From Octopus sinensis (Eukaryota), in assembly GCF_006345805.1 (NCBI RefSeq), contig NC_043005.1:6634001-6698000 (forward strand): a stretch of DNA of 64,000 nt. The letters run 5' to 3'. How positions within the stretch are numbered: the stretch's first letter is position 1; every line of letters starts with the position of its first letter. The notes under the pieces are model-generated. The model worked only from the letters and a program-made list of their open reading frames with translations, was not told the origin of the DNA and made no database searches. The translations under genes and the position numbers were made by a program. Positions 1 to 13,769 of the stretch are shown here, one piece after another.

Positions 1-87
1 ATATATATATATATTGATGGTATTATTAAATTAATATCCAATTTTTCACCCTTATTTTTGATTTTAGTTATACTGCAGTAAATCTTT

Positions 88-495
88 TATACTCTTTTAC
101 TTGTTTCAGTCATTTGACTGCGGCCGTGCTGGAGCACCGCCTTTAGTCGAGCAACTCGACCCCGGGACTTATTCTTTGTAAGCCCAGTACTTATTCTATC
201 GGCCTCTTTTGCCGAACCGCTAAGTGACGGAGACGTAAACACATCCGTATCGGTTGTCAAGCAATGCTAGGGGGGGCCAAACACAGACACACAAACACAC
301 ACGCACACACACACATATATATATACATATATACGACGGGCTTCTTTTAGTTTCCGTCTACCAAATCCACTCACAAGGCTTTGGTCGGCCCGAGCCTATA
401 GTAGAAGACACTTCCCCAATGTGCCACGCAGTGGGACTGAACCCGGAACCATGTGGTTGCTAAGCAAGCTACTTACCACACAGCCACTCCTGCAC
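88..495 (-). mobile_element. tRNA-derived SINE (octopus OK/OR-type)
   Basis: Minus strand begins GCAGGAGTGGCTGTGTGGTAAG (A-box-like) ... GGTTCAGTCCC (B-box-like); central CA/TA tract; closely similar copy at 28710-29138. Confidence 0.8.
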
Positions 496-861
496 TGTTT
501 CCGGAAGTCTTAGCGCGCTTTTAGCGAGGAAATTTGAATCATAACTGCGAGTATAATCGATTAAACCACATGTGTGTTTGACGTTATGTTAAAATTCAGC
601 GTGCGGTTTGATAAATTGTATTCAAGACAAATTCTCCTGATGACCTATGGATGTTGTGTAAGTAAAATTGCATAATACATTAATAGCGAAACAATTGTCC
701 AGAGTTAATCTATATTTTTGTTATTTTTCATTTGCCCTGCTCGTTTACGTTAAATGTTGTGCTGATTCTCCTTGGAAACAATTTTTTAGTGACTAATACC
801 ATAGCGGATCTATTTTTAGCACAAGATTCGACCATATAGTGGTCACTCTCTCTTATATTTG

Positions 862-916
<55 letters not shown>

Positions 917-1017
917 GAGAGAGAGAGAGAGGGAGAGATAGATAGATAGATAGATATAGAAATATATAATATACATATACATACACGCACACAAATATAT
1001 ATATAAACACATTCAAA

Positions 1018-1390
1018 GGCGCATAGATTAGCGTTTAGGATATTGCACTCACGATTACGAGATCACGTGTTCGATTCCCAGACCGAGCTTTTAGTTGTGT
1101 TTTTGAGCAAACACTTCATTTTTCCGTTACTCTGCAATCATTTCGTCATCTAGCATGTGGCTCATGATTTACCTGTGCAGGGAATGTCGATTTGATGGAT
1201 GGAGTACCCTTAAGTGTACACATTTGATCACTAGAAACAATCATATTTGTGGTCGTCCAAAGATAGGAGAGACCATTATTGTAGCAAAACATAAATGCAC
1301 TAATTATTGCCTCTCGACTGTAACACTCATCAATCCCAAATCTCAGAAATGGTCCCGCATTGACCTTCACAAACATTCATAGACAATAAC
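1018..1390 (+). mobile_element. Degenerate tRNA-headed SINE
   Basis: Head GGCGCATAGATTAGCG...GTGTTCGATTCCCAGACCG resembles the head of the SINE at 40925-41283; the 3' extent is uncertain. Confidence 0.4.
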
Positions 1391-1847
1391 ACACAATGGG
1401 GATAGAGAGTGATAGTAGAAGTCAATACGGGTAAGGGAGCTTAAAGGGAAGTATGTAAAGACATTAAATATTTAGAAATCCATGGTCGATGAAATACTGT
1501 TAGCAATATTGATTCTACTTACAGAGATGGTGTTGATATTGGTTACTCTGATATTGATATGGATTAGAAGAAGAGAACGATGAAGAAGAAGGAAAAGAAA
1601 AATGGACACGCAGAAGAAAAAGAACAACAACAACAATTAAAAAATATGTTTTAAAACAAGCAAGCACTAAATGTCATTAATTATGACACTCATATATCCC
1701 ATATCACAGAAGTGGGACCACTCACACATTCATAGACATTCACAAACAATAAAACACACCTTAAGAAATACGGCTGTTGGAGCTTCAGCTGAAGAATGGG
1801 AAGATATCGTCAATAAAATGCTGTAACAGAAAACTAATTCAACTTAC

Positions 1848-1919
1848 AGATTCGTTAATTTCGACATATTTTGGAATATTTCTGGTTTGATTTCAGTGAG
1901 GTCATTATGACTCAAATCC
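1848..1919 (-). CDS. LRR gene, internal 72-nt exon (DLSHNDLTEIKPEIFQNMSKLTNL); last exon found in window
   Basis: ttatgttccag|GGATTTG...GAATCT|gtaagtt; exactly 72 nt, phase 2-2, fits LxLxxNxL consensus and is in frame with the upstream exons. Confidence 0.9.
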
Positions 1920-2264
1920 CTGGAACATAAAATTAAGATAAGGTGAACAATTATGGAACAAATTTGTGACGGAATATTGAATAAAATAGCTAGACAATTA
2001 GATGATCGAAGACATGAAATGTACATTACGTTGATAGTGAGTTGAGTATGATGTTGATAATGTTAGGTGGGAGGCAGTGATGAATATGAAGATGGTGCAG
2101 AAGAGAAGAAAATATGGCGGTAGTGTTGATGACGTAGATGTTATGATGCTGATGATGGGTTTCATGTTGTTAAGGTTGATTATTGTGATAATGATGGGGA
2201 TTAACATGTTTATTGTGATGAACAATATAACATTCAGGATGATGTTGGTGGTGATGTTTTCTGT

Positions 2265-3280
2265 CGGTAACGCTAATCCTGATTATCAGAATGTTATAAA
2301 GGAGCTAGAATTGGAGAGCTACAAATTCCTGGGGTTAGTTGAAGGTAATGGAATCAAATAATCAATATTGAGGGTAAAGGTCAAAGAAGAATGTTATCGC
2401 AGGGTAAAGACAAAATATTGAAAACAGGGATAGACGAAAGAAACAGGATAAAAGCGATCAATATTTTAGCCATGCTTGTTTTAAAGCATAAAAACAAGAA
2501 AACCTGCGAAGAAATATCTTAGGAAATTACATCACGACTTACATTTTGATGATTATTAACTAGTCAAATATTGAAATATGTAATCTTGACAAAAAAATAC
2601 GAAAATTGTTCACAATAAATAGAATGCACAACCAAAGGCAAATATAGAACGAATTTGCTTGCCAAGAAAAGATGGCGAACGTGATCTCTTACAACTTGAA
2701 TTGACAATGAAGATTGCCGCAACCGGCCCAAATACTTACCTGAAAAACTCCGATGACTGGATGCTAATGCTTGTTTTAAAGCATAAAAATAAGAAAAGAG
2801 ACGAAGAAATATCTAAGGGAATTCCAAATACAACAAAACCCAGATTCACACGTATTGGGAAGAAGCACAGAAAATGCTGACTGCTGTTGTAGATACTATT
2901 ACTGATAAATGGCAAGATAGCAAGAAAAACCTCTTAGTGGCAAATACCCAGAGAAGGCTAGAAATATTGATGTTGCCTTACCTATCAATGTTTAGTTTCT
3001 TTCGGCTTAAAATCAGAGACAGAAGTGTTTAACATAGTAGCCCAAGATCATTGCCTACCTGCAAGAAGCTACCAAACCAATATTTTAAAGAACTGCAATA
3101 GCTCAACATGTCGTGTACGTAAACAAACATTGAACCCATCGCTCATGATGTATTCATGTGCAACAGTTTTGTGCTCACAGAGGATCTCAAAAGGCATGAT
3201 AGAGCAGTGCAATATATTCAGTGGATAATTTCCAAAGACTTGGACCTGCCCTATGATAATAACTGGTGGGAATATTGCTA
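2265..3280 (+). mobile_element. Degenerate R4/Dong-like RLE LINE fragment
   Basis: Broken translation (QNVIKELELESYKFLGLVEGNGIK; LPRKDGERDLLQL; IVAQDHCLPARSYQ) matches the ORF at 11147-12928. Confidence 0.75.
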
Positions 3281-4540
3281 TGACACAAGTATTAACCTCT
3301 AGTGCAGTTATCTAGGAATAAACTATCGCAGAAATATATGTTAACACAGAACGCGCTCCGTACTACTCGAATGCAGATACGATACTCACTGTTCACTGTT
3401 GAACTACCGACTGTTAAATCACCACACATCAGCCTAACACAGTAAAGCAATACGTTTGAACTATCACCGTCACCTATTCCCTGACAGTTTATTCTGTTCT
3501 TATATATTGTAATCGACAAGGTCACCTTCAGCCACGTAAGTGTGTTCAAGATTCTCACATAACATCTCTCCATTTTCAGAATGTAGCTCCGCACGAAACT
3601 TAGTATCTTTTGCATTTCGGGTTTATTTCAAGTACTTCAGTTCGTTTTCTTTATCGTGTACTTGAACGTGTATTTTCAACAATTTACTCAGGTGTTGGTA
3701 CATCACACATATCATAAAGGACTTCCATCAGAAATTCGTTTCCTCAGTAAACCTTTTGTTTTCTGTTGATTTATGTCTCTTATATTCGTACTTGTTACCT
3801 TTTCCAAAATTAACACTTTGTCAAATACAGATCTCATCTTCCTAACGAACGTTTATTCCGCAGGTGACATTCCAGACGGGTTATTGGCATTTGGAGTCAC
3901 TCGATATACACTGAGAAACTGTTGAAGTGCTGGGGCATCCATTTTTTGTTCGCTTTCTTTAAAGTTCTCTGAGACGTATCGGCAAAAAGCTCCGGATGAT
4001 ACGGCGGAGTGGTCACATGTTTAATACAGAACATTTTAAAGGATGTATTGCAGTAAACGGAGTTCCATTTCGGACACAGTGCTATCAGGAATACCATATC
4101 TAGCGAACAATTCGCATAAAAATATTACTGCAAACAAAGATGTCGGTTTGTTTAAACAGAAGTACTTTTGGTCACTTAGAAAAACTGCCTAACACAACGA
4201 CGTAACGTGAACTGTTAAATGGACCTGAAAAGTCTTCATGTATTCTGGATCATAGGATTTCTGTTTTTGGCCATAGTTACCGTTTTATGGTAGGTGATTT
4301 TGCTAGAACACAGCCTCTGCAGGCTTTCGCAAGTTCTTCAATCTCTCGTCCCATTATCGTCCAATATACATAGCTTTTCATCAACGATTTCATTCTTGAC
4401 ATCCCATGATGGCCAATATGAAATTCTTTTAGTATTCCTTTCTGTAGTGAGCCCGGCACTACCATTCTTTGGGAATAGTGTTTGCATATTGTCACAAGTT
4501 TAGAACAGTTTCGAATTCGTGTGTTGCTTTGCAAAACGAA
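3281..4540 (-). mobile_element. Gypsy-type LTR retrotransposon relic (integrase plus probable 3' LTR)
   Basis: Integrase Zn-binding segment (ILKEFHIGHHGMSRMKSLMKSYVYW...CRGC) at 4277-4534 and core remnant (HVTTPPYHP); purine tract AAAATGGAGAGA followed by TGTTATG...GTGTCA (3564-3281) as a candidate LTR. Confidence 0.7.
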
Positions 4541-5735
4541 TATTTTTATTTCCTTTTTCAGTACTTAGAATCCCTTTATTTTTTAAAAATAAATTCTTCA
4601 TTTTCGGCTTTTAGTTTCGTACTCCTCGTACAACATCTCATAAAATACTTTTAATTTTTCTTCTGCTTGCGACGCCGCAATCACGGTATCCACAAACGTT
4701 TCAGTAAATTTTTAATATCAATCTTCATAAACAATCAGCGTGTCCTAATTACTTAGATGGCATAAAATCTAGCCTTAACTCGTAACTTAGTAATATAGTA
4801 ACACAGTGTTGCAACGTCGCAGACAATAACATACAATTTGTACAGAGAATGACAGTAGATATAAAGAGGTGTAAGGGAGCTTAAAATGAAATATGGAAGG
4901 AAATTAAATATTTAGAAATCTCTCGTATAAGAAATATCATCAACAAAACGGATTAAACTTCCAGAGATGTTGTTAATATTGATTATTCTTATATTGATGG
5001 TGATTATCAGTTTTATTGTGATGACGAATATGTTATTAATGATGACGTGAGCGGAGATATTTTCCGTTGGCGATGATGATGATGGTGTTCAAGATTGTAC
5101 ATTTTAAGAAAAAGAAGGTGTAGGGGGAAGAGGAGAAAGCTGATGTTGTTGACAATTGGTAAAGATAACAGTGGTAATGATGAAGATTACGAAACCCTAG
5201 GTAATGACGATGACGACGAGGAGGTGTGGAAGATGATGGAAATGGAAGAGGAAAAAGAAGTATGAGAAGAACTAGGAGGAGGAGGAGAAGAAAAAGAAAG
5301 AAAAGAAAGAGGAACAAGAAGACAAAGAACAACAACAAAGAAGCAACAAGTAAAGATCACGTTTAAACATTTCGTATGAATAATCTAGTTATACAAACAC
5401 AAGCGTAAATCAAGGATGTTTTTTACTGTTGGTTTAGAAGTAAACCGTACATAATATGTACAACGAGTGACGCACACATGTTTATACACTCACAAGCATC
5501 CCTCCATACACGGACACATTCACGTGCAAGCACTAAATGGTTCCCCTCAAGTAATGCACACTCATATATCCCATATCACAGAAATGGGCACGCACTCACA
5601 TTCACAGACATTCACAAACAGTAAAACACATCTTTAGAAAGACGTGTATGGGAGATCCAACACAAGTATGAGAAGATAATACGGATTTAGGAAGATATCG
5701 TCAATGAAATATTATAAAAGACCGATACAACTTAC

Positions 5736-5807
5736 AAAACAGATAAACTGGAAATATTTTGGAGGGTTTCTTGTTTGACTTCCTTCATATCATTACTGTA
5801 CAAATAC
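5736..5807 (-). CDS. LRR gene, internal 72-nt exon (YLYSNDMKEVKQETLQNISSLSVL)
   Basis: tatatttcag|GTATTTG...TGTTTT|gtaagtt; 72 nt, phase 2-2. Confidence 0.85.
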
Positions 5808-5857
5808 CTGAAATATACAATTAAATTAAGAAGGGTATTTATGGAACAAATTTGTGA

Positions 5858-6114
5858 CATATTCTGTTGTGTCTGGGGAAAGTCATTTTCTTTTTGTGTC
5901 TTATGATGTAACACACTCACCGATAAAATTTCCACTTTTTTCTTATTTTTATTTTCCTGAAATTTTCGTTGCGTCTTGCAACCTTTTCAATAGTTTTGCG
6001 CAACGAATATTTTAGAAAAACAAAAATAAGAAAAAAGTGGAAATTTTACCGGCGCGTATGTTACATTATAAGGCACAAAAAGAAAATGAACCTCTCCAGA
6101 CACAACAGAATATG
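5858..6114. mobile_element. MITE with ~56-bp imperfect terminal inverted repeats
   Basis: CATATTCTGTTGTGTCTGG...ATGTAACA at 5858-5913 is the reverse complement of ~6059-6114 with about 6 mismatches; TA dinucleotides at both ends could be a TA target-site duplication. Confidence 0.75.
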
Positions 6115-7044
6115 CTTCAACACACGAACTCATATAAAGAATCTTGCAAACCAAATCCAAAAACGAAATTAGTGACAGTATATTAAATATTATGGTTAAA
6201 CAATTAGATGATGGAAGATTATAATGAAGTTGATGAGGGCGTTGCTCATAATGTTGGTGATGGTGGTCGGCGAGTGATGAATACGAGAATGAGTGAGAGG
6301 TGAAGAAATATAGCGGAAGTTTTAATGCCGTAGATGTTACGATGCTGATGAGGGGCTGGCGTTGTTAATGTTGTTTATTCGGATATTGATGGAGATTAAC
6401 AAGTATATTGTGATGATGCATATGATGTTGATAATGATGTTGGTGGTGATGACGATGATTGTGTTGAAGATTGTGCATCTGACGAAGAAGAAGAAGAAGA
6501 AGAAGAAGAAGAAGAAGAAGAAGAAGAAGAAGAAGAAGAAAATGATGATGATGACGACGACGACGACGAAGACGACATCGAAGATTAAGATGATAAAAAG
6601 AAAGGAGAGTAGAGTGAAGAGTAAATTAAGGATGGGAAAGAGAAGAGACAAAGCGTTCAAGGAGAAAAGATAAGGAAATTGTGTATTACGTATGATGGAG
6701 TCATTGAATTCTGGGTTAAAAGTATTGTTGGCAATTAGCACTGGTCTAGAACTGAGACAGAGCTAAAGATACTAGAGAGAGAACTGTACACACATATATA
6801 CATATAAATCAGCATATACTCACACACATGCACACAAGAGACCGATTTGTTTACGTAAATACACAAATAAACATATACAGACACAATCACACACTCCCAC
6901 ACACTCATATTCACTCCTACGCATTTCCCACGCAATTAATTTTCAAAACTGACAGAATCTTTCACAACATTGTAATCGGTTGTCATATTCCTTCTTGCCG
7001 CATATATTGTTGTTGTTGTTGTTATTATTATTATTATTATTATT

Positions 7045-7608
7045 CAGTAGTTTTATTTTTATAGCGTGCTTTCACTTTTCACTACCGAGCGCAGCTCTGT
7101 GTGCCTTGGGTATGTGCTGTGATTTGTTGTGATGCTCTGATGGTTATTGAATGGAAAGTGTTCTGCGTAGGATGTGTGCAGTGCCTAGTAGTGCAATTTT
7201 CTGTATGTTATATGTGTTTGTAAGTCCTGGTGTTTTTGTTATGTATTTGTCTGAATATTTTTTTATCATGCCTAATGCACCTACTATGATAGGAATTGTT
7301 TCTGTTTTTAGATTCCACATTCTGGTTACCTCTATTTCCAGGTCTTTGTATTTTGAGAGTTTCTCCATTTCTTTTAGAGACACGTTGTCATCTGCCGGTA
7401 TTGATACATCAATTAGAAAGCATTTTTTTTCTTCATGATCTCTGACAACTATATCTGGTCTGTTAGCCTTAATTTCTCTGTCTGTGTGTATCGGCATATC
7501 CCAGAGTATGGTTGCTTTCTCGTTTTCTGTGACATTTTCTGGTGAATGCCTATACCATCTTTTTTCTGTTGTTATTCCATAATGTTGGCATAGCTTCCAG
7601 TGTATGTA
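7045..7608 (-). mobile_element. 5'-truncated R4/Dong-like RLE LINE, family 1
   Basis: ORF 7497-7144 encodes RPDIVV...IDVSIP...EKLSKY (PD-(D/E)XK nuclease); flanked by (AAT)n on both sides; near-identical to 7690-8250. Confidence 0.9.
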
Positions 7609-7615
7609 TGTATTA

Positions 7616-7689
<74 letters not shown>

Positions 7690-7692
<3 letters not shown>

Positions 7693-9142
7693 TAGTTTTA
7701 TTTTTATAGCGTGCTTTCACTTCACTACCGAGCGCAGCTCTGTGTGCCTTGGGTATGTGCTGTGATTTGTTGTGATGCTCTGATGGTTATTGTATGGAAA
7801 GTGTTCTGCGTAGGATGTGTGCAGTGCCTAGTAGTGCAATTTTCTGTATGTTATATGTGTTTGTAAGTCCTGGTGTTTTTGTTATGTATTTGTCTGAATA
7901 TTTTTTTATCATGCCTAATGCACCTACTACGATAGGAATTGTTTCTGCTTTCAGGTTCCACATTCTAGTTACCTCTATTTCCAGGTCTTTGTATTTTGAG
8001 AGTTTCTCCATTTCTTTTAGAGACACGTTGTCATCTGCCGGTATTGATACATCAATTAGAAAGCATTTTTTTTCTTCATGATCTCTGACAACTATATCTG
8101 GTCTGTTGGCCTTAATTTCTCTATCTGTGTGTATCGGCATATCCCAGAGTATGGTTGCTTTCTCGTTTTCTGTGACCTTTTCTGGTGTGTGCCTATACCA
8201 TCTTTTTTCTGTTGTTATTCCATAATGTTGGCATAGCTTCCAATGTATGTAGGTTCCAACTCTGTCATGTCTGTGAATATATTCCTTCTTAGCCAGGACT
8301 GGGCAGCTAGAGATAATATGATTTATTGTTTCTTGTCCATCTCCACATATTCTGCAGTTACTTGTAATATTTCTTTTCATTACATGTTTTTGGTAATTTC
8401 TGGTGGGGAGGCTTTGGTCTTGTGCTGCAATTAAAAATCCCTCTGTTTCTGCTTTGAGTCCTGAGCTTCTCAACCATTGCTGGGATTTTTCTTTGTCTAT
8501 TTCTTTTGCGTTTAGTTTAGTGCAGTATTTACCATGAAGGGGCTTTTCTTGCCATCGTTTTATCATGGCTCGTTGCTGTTCTATTTTTAGTTTGGATTTC
8601 ATTTGTTTTATAGCTTTTGTTGTTTCTTCATCATCTTCTTCTTCTTTGTGTTTATTAGGTGGTATGATTTCTTGTTTGTATTTGTCAGCTTCCTTAAATA
8701 CTGAGAACAGTTTTTTGTTTTGCTCGTGTTTTGCTGCTATCTGGATCAGTTTTCCTTCCTTCTGAAGTAGGTATTTTTGCAGTCCTATGGTGGTTATTTT
8801 ATAGTAGTTTTCCAGCTGTATAAGGCCTCTACCACCTTCTATACGTTGTATATATAGTCTTTCTATGTCAGATTTTGGGTGATGCATCCTAGATCCTGTC
8901 AGTATTTTTCTTGTTTTCCTATCTATTTTGGACAGTTCATTTCGTGTCCAGTTAAGGATATTGTAGCTGTAACTTATAACTGGGACAGCTAAAGTGTTGA
9001 TACCTATTATCTTGTTTTTAGCATTGAGCTCTGTTTTTAGTATTGATCTAACTCGTCTATAATATTCTTTTTTATTTTCTCTTTCATTTGTGTGTGTTGT
9101 GTCTTATCTAGTTCATGGATTCCTAAGTATTTGTAAGTTTGG

Positions 9143-9148
<6 letters not shown>
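7690..9148 (-). mobile_element. 5'-truncated R4/Dong-like RLE LINE, family 1
   Basis: ORF 8887-7787 (366 aa): GGRGL motif, CRIC...H...C zinc knuckle, RHD motif, RLE nuclease; RT C-terminal remnant (TYKYLGIHE) extends to ~9148; (AAT)n at both ends. Confidence 0.92.
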
Positions 9149-9200
<52 letters not shown>

Positions 9201-9207
9201 GTCATTG

Positions 9208-9244
<37 letters not shown>

Positions 9245-9384
9245 TATTATTATCATTATTATTATTATTATTGTTATTATTATTATTATTGCATGAAATA
9301 TCATAGCTTATTTTGCAGGGTATGATGGAAAGCGTCGGTTGTCCACAGCTAGCAGATTAAGGCGACACTTGTTTACTGGTCATG

Positions 9385-9612
9385 CTTCAAGAACCCTGCG
9401 TAGAATTCTTGCAGTTCCAAGCAATGCTGACTTTGGTAGGTAGTTACTTAGTTGAGCCCTGATACATACAATTGAACCAATTACTATTGGTATCACGTCT
9501 ACTCTCTTTATTGACCACAGCGTTCGTATTTCCCACTTCAAACCGTCATAGTTGTTTATTTTGTCTTCTTCATTCACATGGATCCTGTTGTCAACGGGAC
9601 ATGCTATGTCGA
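9385..9612 (-). mobile_element. Old RLE LINE 3' fragment
   Basis: Translation KINNYDGLKWEIRTLW...VIPIVIGSI...SALLGTARILRRVLE resembles the RLE C-terminus. Confidence 0.65.
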
Positions 9613-10053
9613 ATATTATACATCTTCTTTCTCAATTTCTCCACTATGTCAATCGGTGTTGATGGGGAAGTAAACACAGTAAATGATATATAAAAGGATA
9701 TACAAACACAAGTTGACACATTTGTATGTATTCACTCATACTGAAAAACACAGACTTATATATGCACATATATATATACACGAAATTATATGCAGTAATT
9801 ATCAGAAACTCAGACGTAGACCGACACACTCATATTCATACACACTCATAAACATACACACACACACACTCTCACACACACACTCGCACACACACAAACC
9901 TTCGTAGACAGTCGCGAATAATTTCATATTCCAATGGAAAGCGATTAATAATATGCAGTGCGTCAAGGAGAGTGTGAGAAAGAAGAAAGAATAGAAAGTG
10001 TTTAGAATTACATTGCCAGCGGAACAGAATGAAAACAAACTAATGCAACTTAC

Positions 10054-10125
10054 AGAGTCGTCAAACTGGGAAGATTTTGGAAAGATCCTGCTGCGATTTC
10101 TTTGATGGCGTTATCTTGCAAATAC
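10054..10125 (-). CDS. LRR gene, internal 72-nt exon (YLQDNAIKEIAAGSFQNLPSLTTL)
   Basis: cttttgttacag|GTATTTG...GACTCT|gtaagtt; 72 nt, phase 2-2. Confidence 0.9.
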
Positions 10126-10836
10126 CTGTAACAAAAGGTGAGGTGCGAAAACCTTGTGAAGAGCAGGTTCGTAAGAAAATATTAAATATATTGCATAAAA
10201 AATTATGGAAGTAGACGATGGAGGAGATGATAATCCTGCTGCTGCTGCTGGAGGTGGTGGTGGTGATGGTGATGGTGATGATGATGATGGATGTGGTGGT
10301 GGTGATGATGATGGTGGTTGATGATCAGCTGGAGGACGAGGATAATGTTATTTGTGTCTATGTTTATGATGATGCTGACGTTTGTGGTAATGGTGATGAT
10401 GATGATGATGATGATGATGGTGATGATGGCGGTGGTGGCAGTGTTGGTGCTTATGATAATGATGTTAGTGAAGAACCTTATGGCAATGATGATTTTGATG
10501 ATGGTGAAGAAGTTACGTATCTGGAAAGATTTTGACAGAAACAAAGAAAGTAAATGGAAGGTTAGATAAATTTATATAGGAGTAAAGCAACCTTAAAAAT
10601 ACAATTACAAGATTGATGGGTGGCATTGAGCGTCGATCCTGGGCTAACCGCAGTAAATGTTATACATACAGTAGGAGAAGCACAGGTTAATATTGAAAGA
10701 CCCATACACAAAATGTAGACATGTGTATGACAACTACTGAATATCCTTATCCCAATTCAATGTAGACCATCAAGTTCTACTGCTTTTCAATTGCTTATCC
10801 TTTTCCTCATATATCTGATATCGTCATCTGCTGAGG

Positions 10837-10926
<90 letters not shown>

Positions 10927-10927
<1 letters not shown>

Positions 10928-12926
10928 TATGTTTGACTTTTGCTTTATGTCTGTACAAGTTGGCTCCAAGTCTCACCCAGAGACCTCAAGAGACAACAGG
11001 TTGGAAGTTCTGTGCCATATATTTGGGGTTTTTTTTGGTGTTGTACTAGTGAATGTCTAATACATAAAAATAGAATAAAATTTTAAAAAATAATTAAAAA
11101 AAATAAAATAAATAAATAAAAAAAAAGTTTGTTTTAAACCTTGGGATTACATAGAGAGTATTTTGCGTAGAATATGAGCAGTTCCCATGAGCACTATCTT
11201 TTGAATTTCTGCCATTTGGGGGTTTCCTGGTATCTGAGTTAGGTAGCAATTAGTCCCTTTCGCTATCATTCCCAGGGCACCTATGACAACAAGTATTGTT
11301 TTAGTCTTCAGCTTCCACATTTTGCTGATTTCTATTTCAAGATCTTTATATTTGCTCAGTTTTTGGTAGGTCTTGACAGATACGTTTATATCGATTGGGA
11401 CAGTCATATCAATGAAGACGCATGTTCTTTGTTTGAAGTCTTTCAATATGATGTCTGGCCTATTTGCATTTATCTTCCTGTCAGTTTGAATGGTGAAGTT
11501 CCAGAGGAGTGAGATGTGGTCATTTTCAAGCACTGGGGGTGGATTGTGTTCCCACCAGTTTTTTTCATGGGGCAAATCCAGGTTTTTGCAAATTACCCAG
11601 TGAATATATTGTGCAGCTCTATCATGCCTGTTGAGGTACTCTGTAGACGCTAGAAGACTGCATTTGGAGACAACATGATCAATGGTTTCATTTTGTTGTC
11701 GGCATACACGACATGTTGGGCTACTGCCGTTCTTTAATATGTTGCCTTGGTAGTTTCTTGTTGGTAGGCATTGATCTTGAGCTGCTATGATAAACCCCTC
11801 TGTTTCAGATTTTAAGCCAGAGGCCATTAGCCATTGATGGGTCAGGGCTTTGTCAATATCTGCATTATTCGCTCTCTTTGGGTATTTGCCATAGAGAGGT
11901 TTTTCTTGCCATTTATTATTCAGAATATCTAAGGCCGCAGTTTTGGCACGGGTTTTCATGCGCTTAGCTTTTTCTGTGCCTGTTTCTTGTATGTCTATCT
12001 CTAATTCCGAAATTGGTTGTATTCGGAATTCACTTAGATATTCCTTTGCCTGTTTTGTGACTGAGTATGATGCTTTCTTGTTTTCATGTTTTGAGACAAG
12101 TTTTAACATCCAGTCCTCAGAGTTTTTCAGGTAGGTGTCTAGGCCAATTGTAGCAATCTTCATTGTTATTGCCAATTGTAAAAGTCCACGGCCTCCCTCT
12201 TTTCTTGGCAGATAGAGTCGTTCTGTATCTGCCTTAGGGTGGTGCATTCTATGCATTGTCAACAGTTTCCTTATTTTTCTGTCGAGCTGACATATTTCAG
12301 TAATTGACCAGTTAACAATATTGAAACTGTAAGTCACGACTGGTATAGCTAATGCATTGATCGCTTCGATCCTGTTTCTTGCATTCAGCTCTGTCTTGAG
12401 TATTGCTCTCACTCTGCGATAGCATTGTCTCCTGATCCTTTCCTTCACCTCTGAATGCCTTATTCCGTTCCCTTCAAATACCCCTAGGTACTTGTAGCTC
12501 TCCGCTGGGTCTAGTTCTTTCATGACATTCTGTTGGTCAAGGTTAACGTTAGATGTTTCTGTCATTTTTTCTTTGATAAAGGTAGCTTTTGCACATTTAT
12601 CGAGGCCGAATTGCATTCTGATGTCGTCACTGAATTGTTTGACTATCGCTAGTAAGCCCTTGAGTTGTTGGTCATTTTTTGCAAAAAGCTTTAAATCATC
12701 CATGTAAATGAGATGATTTATATTTTTATCGAACATTTTATACCCATACTGCGCATCATTGAGCAGCTTTGAGAGAGGTATTAAGGATAAACAAAAGAGG
12801 AGTGGTGACAGTGAGTCACCCTGGAAAATGCCACACGAAATTTTTACATCACCAGCATTTAGGGATTCATTGTCACTGTTCAGAGTTAGTGTGGTTCTCC
12901 ATGATCTCATACTTACGGTCAAGAAG

Positions 12927-12929
<3 letters not shown>
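10927..12929 (-). mobile_element. 5'-truncated R4/Dong-like RLE LINE, family 2 (RT domains plus CCHC and RLE in one open frame)
   Basis: GIFQGDSLSPLLF and HLIYMDDLKL RT motifs, CRVC...H...C knuckle, RPDII...IDMTVP...KLSKY nuclease; stop at 11147; (AAT)n at both ends. Confidence 0.93.
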
Positions 12930-12995
<66 letters not shown>

Positions 12996-13056
12996 ATAAT
13001 TATTATTATTATTATTATTATTATTATTGTTATTATTATCATTACTATTATTACTG

Positions 13057-13593
13057 AGTGAGAGATCAGTTCATGCCATCAAAGTAACACTGGGGTAAAA
13101 TATAGGAAGCCCAGTATACCCATCTGATAAGGGTACACCAGGCACATGCATCACAACCATATGTGCGCGGCATGGTGATCTCATATCAAGATAAACAGCG
13201 CATGACCTTGCAGGTGGGGCCTAGTTAGAATTTTCTTCTGGTGGAGTAGCCCATCCTGCTCAAAAGGCCCCTGAATGTGGGTTGTTTAAGGATGTTGAGC
13301 AAAACACCCATGTTTCCAGAGGTGAATTATTCAAACCCCAAAGAATCCCTCTCAACACATGGCTATGATGCTCCCCCACTACTTCTGCTCATGATCAGAG
13401 ATGAACATATCGTCAGACTCTAAGGGACATGCTCAACCGGTTAAAGTCAAACAACTGACAAACAAATCTGTGGCATTGATCAGAATATTTGCTGTAGCCC
13501 ATCTTTTATACCAAGACAAAACAATGTACATGATAACACTTCCAATCAATCAAGAAGCCACGAGAGCCACTGCCTGGTACTGCATCAGGGCAT
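13057..13593. mobile_element. ~550-bp non-coding interspersed element in (ATT)n, copy 1
   Basis: Same sequence recurs at 13770-14319 and 14501-14841; sharp boundaries against (ATT)n; no convincing ORF. Confidence 0.75.
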
Positions 13594-13623
13594 TTATTAT
13601 TATCATTATTATTATTATTATTA

Positions 13624-13703
<80 letters not shown>

Positions 13704-13713
13704 ATTGTTATTA

Positions 13714-13748
<35 letters not shown>

Positions 13749-13769
13749 GTTATTATTATTATTATTATT

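Noticed and set aside
3281-4831. Complete LTR element with two LTRs (second TG..CA-like end at 4831 and a PBS-like motif at ~4660-4680)
   Set aside because: The two putative LTRs do not align by eye and no target-site duplication is present, so only the integrase and one LTR are called.
13570-13593. Hairpin CCTG-ATGCAGTAC-CAGG at the end of the 550-bp element resembling U2 snRNA stem-loop IV
   Set aside because: Only a ~9-nt match with no other U2 sequence; compatible with chance.
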